From Phoronis australis (lineage: Eukaryota; Animalia; Phoronida): 64,000 nt of DNA. The stretch is taken from the NCBI GenBank assembly GCA_002633005.1, contig NMRA01000192.1:409140-473139 (forward strand). Reading direction: 5' to 3'. Position numbers and translations under genes: made by a program. The notes beneath the pieces were generated by a model that was not told where the DNA came from, did not search any database, and was given only the letters and a program-made list of their open reading frames with translations. Shown here piece after piece: positions 52,124 to 64,000 of the stretch; within the stretch, counting starts at the first letter, position 1, and each line of letters opens with the position of its first letter.

Positions 52124-52274
52124 CGGGAGCGGATCCGGGATTTTGAGTTGGGGCGCAGGGCAGATTATTAGCCGGGATTTTGGCCGTCAGACGTTCGAAC
52201 CCTGAACTGCCAAATGGAATCTGGAAGAAATTTGGGGGGCATGACCTTCCCCTCCCCCCCCAAATCCGCCACTG
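52124..52274. mobile_element. MITE family B copy (repeated at 61604-61751 in the duplicated block)
   Basis: CGGGAGCGGATCCGGGATTTTGAGTTGGGG ... CCCCCCAAATCCGCCACTG. Confidence 0.75.
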
Positions 52275-54038
52275 GCGGTTTTCTAAATTATGATTTCGTT
52301 TTTTATGCAATTTTTTATTTTTTTCATAAAATTTCTATTGATAACCCCTCAAGGCATGAACATTTTTTTTAAAAGCATTCTCAACAGCAGTCTTGAGAAC
52401 AATACATATAGAGCATACATGTAGTGTCTGAAAGTTTCACACAGTGAGCCATTTCTAAGACGAGATGTTCTAGGTTTTGCCACATTTTTACATTTTTAGT
52501 CTCCAAAATAATCGTATAAGGGATTTTTGAGCCCTAGTTTGTAATGGAATGAGACCCCAAATTTTCGCCTTGAAAATTTTCTTATTTTCGCCTTAAAAGC
52601 ATTTTCTTCAACATTATACAGTATTTGAACGAAAGGAAATACTGACTTCAGAAGCTTCAAGGTTGCAGCGCATCGAAATGGCTTGCTTTCCTGACAATTG
52701 AAGGATTGTCTCCTTTCCGGCGGGCCACGCACATATTGTATTTTGTCATCCAATGAGGTCGTTGGTCGTGTAGAGGCCGGCAGCACATCAGAATATTCTG
52801 AATCATATTTTATGATACCTCGAATGTTAGAGTTAGCTCAATTAGGGTAGGGGGGTTGGGTGTCTGGGGCCAGTTTAGTAAAGAGTGGACTTTATCCGTC
52901 GTGTCACTCGATGCTCAGTGTAGCACTATTGTTGATTTGGAGCAAATTTTGGCCTTTACCTCCGATATCAAAGTAGCTCAAAATTTGTCCGCCTCACAAT
53001 AGACCTATCGCCAGGATTATGACGGACAGCTTAATTGACCAATCAGAACAAAACATTCTTGGCACACCTTCGTCTGTGTTTCCAAGCCGCCATTATACCC
53101 GACAAACCACACGTAGTAGAGTAAAACTTACTTTAGTCTATAGCTCAAGAAATTGTCCGCTAAGAACTGGAAAACGGCGTTGATATGACGTGTGTAGTAC
53201 CGAAAGCCGTTATGCTGCTCCAGAATAATATCCCGTCATTTTTTGGCATATCCTAAGCCGAAAAATGATGTTGAAAAGCGTAAACTATGGATCAAACTGT
53301 ACCGTACGGCCACACGAGCAGCTGAACTTAGCGATGTTGCTTGATAACTCGAAGGCTATAATAAACACAAATATATTAGTTCCAAGGTACGCACTTTTCA
53401 GCTTGGTGGCTATGGTGAAGGCCTATTTCTGACTGTGACTCCCGAGTTTCCTACGTCTGGCCGCCTGCTGGATCTCAGCACTCTAGCGGTATAGTCCCAA
53501 GAAATTGTTGTTTTCAAGGACATTTTTATTTTATGTTTTTTTTATTTATTTCAACCTAACAGAGGTACATTTTTGATATTCATAAACCCGTAGGCTGGCG
53601 TTCAACTGAACTTCTCTGAAGGTCAAAATTCAGAGATTCCATCGGCACAGGGAGGGCAACGGGATTACTGCCGGTAACTCAAAGGCTTGGTCGAGCTGTT
53701 GTCACTAAAAATAAACTGTTGGATTATTTTTGACGTGTACCTCTAGTATACACTATGTCTGTAGAGTTAGACAGAGCTCATTTGGAAGTTGTTCAAACAT
53801 GATATGTAGATTTATGAAGCTTTATAAAAGAATTTGAGTTATTTTTGTAAATACCCTATTTTTGCAACTACCACACCAGACTTGTAATCTTTTGTAACCA
53901 TACTACGACTTAGTGATCATGCTACCTTCAAAATTAAATGAAATCTACCTTTATGGAATGAAACTACAAAAAAATGCCAAGTTCGTAAGAATTAGGTAGG
54001 CCTAATTTCAATGTCTTAATGGTGCAAACGGACAATTC

Positions 54039-54361
54039 CATAGGCGGATTTAGGGGGCGGGGGGCAGGGGCCCCAGCCCCCCCGCAAGCAAAATGAAACA
54101 GCAAGAGCGTGAAGCGTGAGGAAATATTGAGTTCAGTAACTAGGACCGGTAGCGGAAGAGGGGGGCTCAGACCCCAGAGTCGCGGCGGAATCGTGTTCCT
54201 GTTTTTTCTAAAACACAGATATTTTCTGAACAGAAGGTCCAAAGGTCTGCATCCCCGGCCCCTGCAACTTTCGGGCCGCCTGTGTACATACAATTGCACT
54301 TTGCCCAATTCCACGAGGCAACATGTTGGACCCCCCTTGTGGTATCCTAGATGCGCCACTG
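54039..54361. mobile_element. MITE family A copy
   Basis: Terminal inverted repeats CATAGGCGGATTTAGG / CCTAGATGCGCCACTG; flanks AATTC / AGTTC (5-bp TSD with one mismatch). Confidence 0.8.
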
Positions 54362-57300
54362 AGTTCAAGACATTACTGAACTTGACTTAGACACAGCCCT
54401 AGACCTACCCGGCCGGAGCAAACTGTTTGGGCGAGATGAATGTGTGCATGAGCTATGAACCTGAATTTTTTTTATCAAAATATTTCGTTACAAGATTAGA
54501 AAAGCGTAAACAGTGCTGTCGAGTCGACTTAGTCAGAGACTATAGTTCATGTGTTGTCTGTAATCTATGACCTACTTTACTCCAGGAGTCCAACCAGTTG
54601 TGACCTACTTTTTATTTAGCGAAATTTAGCAGACGACAGAATAAAAATATCGGTGAATCTTCACTGATTTTATTCGAAAGATCATGAAATCTATGGAATC
54701 GTACAGATAATTCGACTTTAAAAGGGAACTGTATTTTATTCTGAATAAATTCTGGATAGTTTTCTATGAATTGTTGATTAATTTCACAAATAATTCAACA
54801 CCAGAAATTAAACTTATAGTCTCTAACGAAGCTCAAAAAATTACCGGCTTGGAGCGCTGCTTAGTCTCGTGACGTATTTGGCGGGGGCCAAGTCACTGTC
54901 CTGTGTTAGCGTGCAATCAAGTAGCGTTTTTCATATTGTCGGAATAAGAAATTTTAGTGTGAAATGTCACGTCACCAGGTATACCTGTTTGAGCCGAGGC
55001 AACACAAAGTGATACCCAGTCATTGTCATCGTCAGACAAAAATTTGCCGGTGCAACCAGTCCGTATCAACAATTTACACTGGTGTGACTGTGCCGAGGGC
55101 AATGTGGACTCTAGCCATCTAGTCAGCCAGCTGTCAGCCAATACTCAGCTCTATAAACTTGAAGGGTTGGTAAGTTACCGACTGTAGCCGAATGAAGACT
55201 ATCGTACCACTGTGTGTTGAGCTCCGTTAACCCTGAAATTTCAGACAGCCGTTGACTACCCGGGTATAATTGACTCAGTTATGCTCGTCACCTCGTCGTA
55301 AAACTTAGGCGACATCAACATATGAATAACGGACCGGCAGGGGCGCATGCCACATCTGGTAGTCACCCGACACTCCCATTGTTCGTTGCAGCCGTTTAAG
55401 TTGAAAACAATCAAATAAACGTCATTTGGTAGCATAATTTGCCGCCTTTTTAACAAAAAAGTGTGTCGTCCGTTTCAAAAACAGTACGCTCGTGACACGG
55501 CGCACGCGCCATTTCATAAAAATTTGAGACGTCTTTCGGGACATGATGACAGCTTCGCAGCACCAAGGTTGTTCTAAACTTCAGTTTGTTGGTGTACTAA
55601 TACTAAAAACTTGAAACAAAATGAAACAAGTTCCGATAATTCGTTATAACATGTACGCAACCGAGGTACCGTCAACGACGAACACTTGAGAAAAGAATAA
55701 GGGGGAAAAGAAACTGGTAAAGGTCAGGTGACGTAATCGCAAAAAGCCGACTCAAGAGAACACATCACAATTTTACTAGCAGTAGCCGATGAACGGTCGC
55801 TAACATTTCCAACACCGGTAAATACAGAAGATAGTTTACTCTAGGAACCTGGTTCCTAGGTTTACTCAAGGATGAGATTAGTTTTAATGACATTGATTTG
55901 AGTCAGATTTATTTGTACATTTTTACCCATATCGGCTCAAACCTGTAGGCCTGACTGAGCTTTGGGCCAAGGCTTGGGTAACCCGGCGATGGTATGTGAA
56001 GACCATCCCATTAGAAGACACCTTTTTCGAAGAGTTTGAGCAACCAGGTGCCATACAAAAAGGTATAGCGAACCTTTTACAGTACTGTGGCAAACAATAA
56101 AAAATAAGGACGATTGATACAATGATAAATTACGTAAACTCTTCAAATATGACATAAGCAATGAATGTGTAAAGCAGCCGATACCCCGCCGTTCACGTCA
56201 CTGACACATCAGCCAATCAGCGATCGCTTTCAGAATTCATTGTTTTGACCATGGATATGAATCGGCTTTTGTTTGGCACGCAAGTCAGGCAAATGTGAGT
56301 TTTATTTGTGTGTTAGAACCGATTGACTGCAACATTATTTTGACTACAGTCCCCTTTTAAGGTACATACCCAGCTTTACATGAACATATCGTATCAGTGG
56401 CTTTGTCATTTGTCAGGTGAAGGTGGCCCCGAGGCAGAGGGGATTTTCGCTGGCTCCTCGAGCACTTATTTTTTCACCTTTACAAATTCCCATATCATGA
56501 CCGTACGATTCTCTTTTGAAAAGCATCGCCTCTTGTCTCTGTCGAAGCGTTTTCAAATAGTGCAAAAACACTCATCGATTCCCACCACGAACGTCGTTTA
56601 GCGACAGTGTATTTGCCTCTGACATCTCGTTGAATGTCGGGTATCACGTGACTTTTTGCATAGGGGCGGAGCTTGCGATAGGTCAATTTTTCAGGCGCTA
56701 CTGAGAGATGCAGACATAAACATTTTTACAGCCGTGTAGTGGAATGCGCTCTTTTAAAGATGTATTTGCATGCTTCTACATGTGGAGAATTTCTCGCTTA
56801 CACTAGTGGTGACCGCTCTGATTCCCTAAGCCCCAGACAACTTTGAAGATGCCTATTAAGCACGCCCTTTGTATTGACTGTAGATCTGAGCTAATGAACT
56901 GGAAAGGTAATTGCTAGCTTTACTGTCTCGAAAATGGTTGTTGTTAGTACCCCCTTTTGGTTTTCTCTGACATTTGCAGAGTTATATCCTGCAACTCTAG
57001 AGAGTAATTTTAACTTGGTACATTATAAATATTACGAAAATTAATGACTAAAAAGGTTAAGTTGTGTTCATCTTCACAAAGGGCCACTTCCCAAAGGAGC
57101 GATAAGTTTCATATTGGTTTTCATTATTTAATTTCTAATGCTTCAGCCCACTTACATTTTTTCTTACCGGAAACAGGTTGATAACTTTTTATCTAAGTTT
57201 TGAACTTGAAGTACCAAAACAGTGGTAGATTTTGATCGCCAGCTAAACTTAATTAGTTAAGTTCATTGTTAGTCCATCCCTAAACTTACCACATTACAGG

Positions 57301-60300
57301 TACACTAAACATTTCACATGTCATTAAAGTTTCAATCTTTATTAGAACTCAAATCATAAAATATATACAAAAGTGCAAATATGGTGATAACCAAACTGAA
57401 AGATTTCAATCTCTGGACAATTTCTGTGGCACTGACTATATAACTATTTTAGCTCGTTGTCAGTAATAAAAAATGACTAGTGGGCACAACAACTGTTTCC
57501 TGGTCAAAAATCTGGTTAAACGAGATTGAAAGAATATTAAAAAATGAATCCATTTGATATTGTTAACTCTGATCAGCGTTTGTATATCCACCGATCGAGT
57601 AGATCAATACGCGCGGCAGTTTATCTTCAATCGTACCCAATGGTTGTAGTTTTTAGATTATTACTTCTCGATTTTTAAAAATCGAAAACCGTACTTGGTT
57701 GTTTTTTTTTCAGCTGAATACCGCCGTGGTGTTCGTTTATAACGAAAATTGGTGGTTAATGCATTTTGAAAATTCGCCATTATGTACAGTCAGAGATGTT
57801 TAATACAGGTTATGGTCGGATAATTACATTTAATTGGGTCTTGCTCGCATCGGGCAATGCGGTCATCACAATTGTACCTGATTCCGGCGCCGCGCTCTCT
57901 TTGATCCTGGTACAAGCCGCTCAGAAGGACGAGCGGTGAAAATTCCCGCAAATCTTTAGAAATGCGTGGCTTCCTTGTAAGCGTATTATTCACGGTATAA
58001 ACTATACAAATATATAGCAGGAACTAAATGACAATGCTATTTGAGCATCATCTACTCTAAACAAAGTGCAGTTGTATTCATTGACGACTTGTAAATGTGA
58101 AAAAAATACAAATAGGTGACCTCTGCACTATAATGACGTACCTTGGGGGCTCACACAACCCGTATTCATGTTCCCAACACCACGCCACGATAGTAATTGG
58201 ACACGGTTAATACGGCGATTATTTTTGACACAAAACTCGTTCGTGAAAACATTTGGCAATTTTCGTCATATTCAGGTCGTCGATATGCAGCATACGTCAC
58301 GAATTTTTGTCCGACGGGTCGGACATTCAGTTGGTCGTCTAGTCGAGGACCAGCAGCCGACCAACAACGGTCGGCTAGGAGCCGTCTGCTTAGTCGCCTC
58401 TGCGGTCGGCACTTGAGTGGGCAAAGTGAAAGAGGTCGCCTAGCATAGACGACCATATTAGGATTATGCGTGTCCTTGGTCGGCATTTACCATTTTATGG
58501 CTTAGCGGGTGAACTTAGGCCAAACCCTTAAACATTTTTAAATGTTAAAACTGTTCGCTGTTCGTTCAACAGTGGCCACTCCGCGGGTCCTGACGTCGGT
58601 TTATCAACTTTTGTTCAACTATTGAAACATGGTAAAATCGAATCAACCTACAAATTCGAATTGCGTGAAATTAAACCAACGTTAACTTTATGTTGAATTG
58701 CTGACGGCGTGGTAAAATCAAACGTAAAATGACTCGCTTAAACATAATTACGAACTCTAGATGTGGGACTTAATTCTTATACATTATGCTTAAAAAGTAT
58801 CAACAACAAAGAAAATTGAGATGTTACAGTAAATTTGCATTAAAATCAGAATAGAACGCTGGATTTTTTACGACCTCAAGTGTTTTCATGCCGGGGAATG
58901 CTCAACAAGTAGCGCGCATTTGCGGTCATCCGTTATTGCACTTGAGCAGCACTTTATCACGCTGTATTGCGCTTTACCACAGATAATTAATGTTTATTTT
59001 TGTACAGTTTCTTAATATGTTGGTACAGTAATAGAACAAAAGGAGCAACATAAACAATGGTTTGAACATAGCGCAGATAGTATTAAGATCATGGGCGCTT
59101 GAAAACTGAAGAATGTGATCGGTTATAGTATCAGCCATGATTCATCATGATTCTGAATTTGTTCACTTTCGGAGTAAAACATAGTTTCGAAGTTAGAGCA
59201 TTCCTATCTAGACAGCTAGCTGTATAAAGACTATCGTCAAAATACAGCAAGGTGGCAATATGTATTGAGCTCCGACTTACCTCGAAATTGGAACACAGCC
59301 CGGATAGTTACGCAAGTCACTGAAATTTTTCTATCAACACGATCTCAAGACAGGCGGGTGTGCATGCAAAATCTGGGAGTCAATTGACACTCAGCTTGTT
59401 GGGTCTCTAATTTGACCAAGCAATCAGAGATGAGGAATTAGCATGCAAGTTCCACTTTAAGCACTCTTGTGGTCATATTTTCGTACCTTGTTCATCTAAC
59501 CAGTGTGGAAAGTGCTCTAGGCGGCTCGTCTATTGTACAGTATATTAAGTGAGCCCTGTTCGAGTTTTGGGTCCATACGCCATGTTTTAAGAAGTGCAGC
59601 ACCCTGTTTGATGGTGGGTAAGCTGTGTTTGACAACACTGCGCTCACCAACCGTGTTCATAAATAGTCAATGGTCAAGAACAGCCAAAGAGAAACAGTGA
59701 ACCATTGCCTTAAAAAAACAATTTATTAAACATATAAGTTTGTACTTATACAATTACCAGTTATTGAAATACATTATCAACAATAAGCAATAACAAACAA
59801 AAACTAAGGACTGAGAGAAAGCACTAGTGTTACTTTAGACTGGGTTGAGCTAAGTGTTCTCGAGCCTTCCTTTACAAAGATTATTCTGAGGAAGCATAGG
59901 CTTAGGAAGTGGGGGGGCGCCCTGGGGAACGGGGGGAGGGGAGGGGGCAACTTATACTGTAATAATGACAGCAACATGATTAAGCACCATGCTTTCTTAA
60001 AAGAGTCGACCCTCAAGTCTTGTTCTCAAGTTAAATTTAAACTTAAAAGTGAAGATATCTTTCAGGACGTTTTCGGTGTTTTCAATGAAGTGGTCCTGAA
60101 CAAGATCAAGTGAGGCTTTTCCAACATGAATCCCAGCAATAGTATTCGCCCAACACAACAGAGTGAAAGTTGGAAATGAAACATTTGTTTTGAACTAAAG
60201 GATTGATCAGAGTTTGTGTATAAGCAAGAACCTGTTTCCTGGATTTTTAGTCAAGACAGCAGATTTGCCATAAATTTCAATTAAGCAAGGATTTGTTTGC

Positions 60301-61372
60301 AACTTCGTCCTCACCCAAGCCGCGCACTGTTTCTCTTTGACAGCCTGCAACAGTGAGGAAGTTTCACGACATAATTACAGGTGCTGTAAGAAAATACTAG
60401 CAGAGCAAGCACCCAAAAATGAAACCAGAGGATTTTCTGTCGCTCACTTCATCATTCATATCAGTGTTATATCCTATGGTGTTAAGAAGAACTAAAATTC
60501 TTAAAGACAAAAAGGTGTTATTGAAAAGTCGTTCGAGACCTACTGAATCAATTGTATTGTTCATTTCATGGTTTTCAAGTCACTCCACTTCAACTCTCAA
60601 TCGCCAAACACTTCTTCCTACATCTATGTGAAGGCAATAACAGCTTTATGAAACATATAAAGTTGACCTAACAAGACAGAAACTTAACTATGTCAATGAA
60701 ATCTACGCACACTCCCTCATCACAAACTCACTGTGACTCAACTTACTTTGAATTCAGATAACAGATTCCAACAAACACGAGTTCATTCCAACAAATATTT
60801 GTCTTAACAAATCCACACACAATTCGATAGTCGGATACCATAAGGGTGTTGATCTGCCAAACCTTTCATTGCGCAGCGAACAAAGCCCCAGTTTCATCTT
60901 CACCAAAACTGAGCTTCAGTTGCAAAGTCATACATATGCCTGCTGTGACGCAAGTTTACACCTTTATTGCTAGAACAATAACAACTCCTTAGTGCCATGC
61001 AGTGCTCGAGTACTATGCACAGCTTTCAGCGTTAAAACTAAGAATAAGAATGTCAAGGCCTTCCTATCACTGTGACCTGTCACTTCGAGCTGTGCCATCT
61101 CTTCTTGGTGTTGACAGGTCCACTACAGTCACATGGGAAACCACTGCAACATGGTCATTTGTCAGTTAATGGACACTCGAGTTCATTCCACTTCTAATAG
61201 ACCACATGCAGTAAACTTCTATTGTGAAGACAACGTACGACAAACGTTCCATCTCCAGTCGATCAAGCCCTATCCACTTTTAGTCGACTTCCTCCAGCAG
61301 ACCATTATTAGCGCCAATCACATCATCTCATAATACAAAGCTCCGCCCACTTCTAGTCCACCTCCTCCAATN

Positions 61373-64000
61373 CAGTTCCAAACGCTGTGCTTGCTAGCCG
61401 CATGAAAAATGCCCGTTTCCACGCCAACACCCGACCACTAAGAATTTTCCGCGGATTTCGCCCTCCTTTAGCCTTGACGTCGACACTTTCCGCCGCACGG
61501 TCGGGCACTATATCCAGGCAACCCCTGGATTAAGTATTAATAACATGAAAATTTATGTTTGATATAAGTGCTCGAGATGAAATCCCAAAAACGCTGTTAC
61601 AGTCAGGAGCGGATCCGGGACTTTGAGTTGGGGGGCAGGGCAGATTAGCCGGTATTTTGCCGGCCGTCAGACGTTCGAACCCCTGAACTGCCAAATGGAA
61701 TCTGGAAGAAATTTGGGGGGCATGACCTCCCCCCCCCCAAATCCGCCACTGAAAGTTCTCTAAGTTATGATTTCGTTTTTATTTTATGCGATTGTTTAGT
61801 TTTTTCATAAAATTTCTATTGATAACCCCTCAAGGCACGGAAACATGGAATTTTTTAAAAACATTCTCAACAGCGGTCTTGAGAACAATACATTAAGCAT
61901 TGTGTCTGAAAGTTTTACACAGTGAGCCATTTCTAAGACGAGATGTTCTAGGTTTTGCCACATTTTTACATTTTTTAGTCTCCTAAATAATCGTATAAGG
62001 GATTTTTGAGCCCCTAGTTTGCAATGGAATGAGACCCCAAAATTCGCCATTATGTACAGTCGTCAGAGATGTTTAATACACTTTATGGTCGGATAATTAC
62101 ATTTAATTGGGTCTTGCTCGCATCGGGCAATGCGGTCATCACAGTACCTTATTCCGGCGCCGCAGTCTCTTTGATCCTGGTACAAGCCGCTCAGAAGGAC
62201 GAGCGGTGAAAATTCCGAGCCGACAAATCTTTAGAAATGCGTGACTTCCTTGTAAGGTATTATTCACGGTATAAACTATACAACCATATAGCAGGAACTA
62301 AACGACAATGCTATATGAGCATCATCTACGCAAAACAATTAAAGTGCAGTTGTATTCATTGACAACTTGTAAATGTGAACAAATCTGCGAATAGGTGGCC
62401 TTTGCACTAATGACGTACCCTGGGGGCTCACACAACCCGTATCATGCAGTATTATTCCCAACACCACGCCACCATACTAATTGGACACGATTAAGTGATT
62501 TACGGAGATCATTTTCGACACATAACTCGTTCGTGAAAACATTTGGCAATTTTCGTCATATTCAGGTTGTCGATATGCAGCACACATCACGAATTTTTGT
62601 CCGACGGGTCGGATATTGGTCGTCTAGCCGACCAACAGCGGTCGGCTAGGAGCCGTCTGCTGAGTCGCCTCTGCGGTTGGCACTTGGGCGGCAAAGTGGT
62701 CGCCTGGCATAAACGACCAATTCGGATTATGCGTGTCCTTGGTTGGCAATTACCATTTTATGACTTAGCGGGTGAACGTACTTGAAACATTTAACTGTTC
62801 GCTGTTCGTTCACCAGTGGCCACTCCGCGGGTCTTGACGTCGGTTTAGGGCCTATCAACTTTTGTTCAACTATTGAAACATGGTAAAATCGAATCAACCT
62901 ACAAATTCGAATTGCGTGAAATTAAACCAACGTTAACTTTATGTTGAATTGCTGACGGCGTGGTCAAATCAAACGTAAAATGATATCGCATAAACATAAT
63001 TACGAACTCTAGATATAATGGGGCTTAATTCTTATACATTATGCTTAAAAAAGTATCAACAACAAAGAAATTTGAGATGTTACAGTAAATTTGCATAAAA
63101 ATCAGAACAGAACGCTGGATTTTTTACGACCTCAAGTGTTTTCATGCCGTGGAATACTCAACAAGTAGCACGCATTTGCGGTCATCCGTTATTGCATGCA
63201 CTTGATCATAACTTCATCACGCTGTATATTGCGCTTTCTCACAGATAATTATTGTTTATTTTTGTACAGTTTCTTAATATGTTGGTACAGCAATAGACCA
63301 AAAGTTTATTTTAGGAGCAACATTAACAATGGTTTGAACATAGCGCAGATATTAAGATCATGGGCGCATGAAAACCGAAGAATGTGATCGGTTATAGTAT
63401 CAGCCATGATCCATCATCATTCTGAATTTGTTGTCACTTTCGGAGTAAAACATCGTTTCGAAGTCATTCCTATCTAGCCAGCTAGCTGTATAAAGACTAT
63501 CGTCAAAACACAGCAAGGTGGCACTACGTATTGAGCTCCGACAAACCTCGAAATTGGCACACAGCCCGCCATACTTACGCAAGTCACTGAGACCACGTCG
63601 TGAAATAGTTGTAACATGAGCTCAAGACAGGCGGGTGTGCATGCAAAATCTGGAAGCCAATTGACACTCAGCTTCTTCGGTCTCTAATTTGACCAAGCAA
63701 TCAGAGATGAGGAATTAGCATGCAAGTTCCACTTTAAGCACTCTTGTGGTCATATTTTGGTACCTTGTTCATCTAATCAGTGTGGAGAGTACTCTAGGCG
63801 GCTCGTCTATTGTATATTAAGTGAGCCCTGTTCGAGTTTTGGGTCCATACACCATGTTTTAAGAAGTGCAGCACTCTGTTTGATGGTGGGTAAGCTGTGT
63901 TTGACAACACTAGTACTGCTCTCACCAACCGTGTTCATGAATAGTCAATGGTCAGGAACAGCGAGAGAGAAACAGTGAACCATTGCCTAAAAAAGAACAA
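61373..64000 (+). repeat. Direct duplicate (probable alternative haplotype) of 51881-52560 joined to 57771-59721
   Basis: Starts immediately after the N at 61372. 61373-62040 matches 51881-52560, and 62041-64000 matches 57771-59721, with many SNPs and small indels. Confidence 0.92.

Noticed and set aside
53964-54390. 134-aa and 93-aa ORFs
   Set aside because: They run through the GC-rich MITE family A copy and are not preserved in the sister copy at 50020-50330.
55935-56601. Exon-like plus-strand stretches (GLTELWAKAWVTRRWYVKTIPLEDTFFEEFEQP; GEGGPEAEGIFAG)
   Set aside because: No recognisable homology and no consistent multi-exon model could be built.

Overview
AT-rich, repeat-dense genomic DNA from an animal, probably a heterozygous marine invertebrate, with two single-N assembly joins (50702, 61372). 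One protein-coding gene can be fully reconstructed: a 7-coding-exon TNF receptor-associated factor (TRAF) on the minus strand (33931 to 21112; 1377 nt, 458 aa; RING, five zinc fingers, short coiled coil, MATH domain). All its introns are GT-AG and all phases join in frame. Nearly all other short ORFs look spurious. The rest is transposon-derived or simple-repeat DNA. Best leads: (1) a 196-bp insertion with a 13-bp target-site duplication (TSD) carrying two inverted minimal hammerhead ribozymes (2037-2258); (2) a ~1.6-kb foldback element in TRAF intron 6 with a palindromic end and two convergent tRNA-derived Pol III cassettes; (3) strong over-representation of TACATGTA, with internal evidence that it arises as a 6-bp insertion at TA, like a Tc1/mariner excision footprint; (4) a duplicated, probably allelic block after the N at 61372 that lacks a 5.2-kb segment. 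Identities and counts are by eye; no searches were run.
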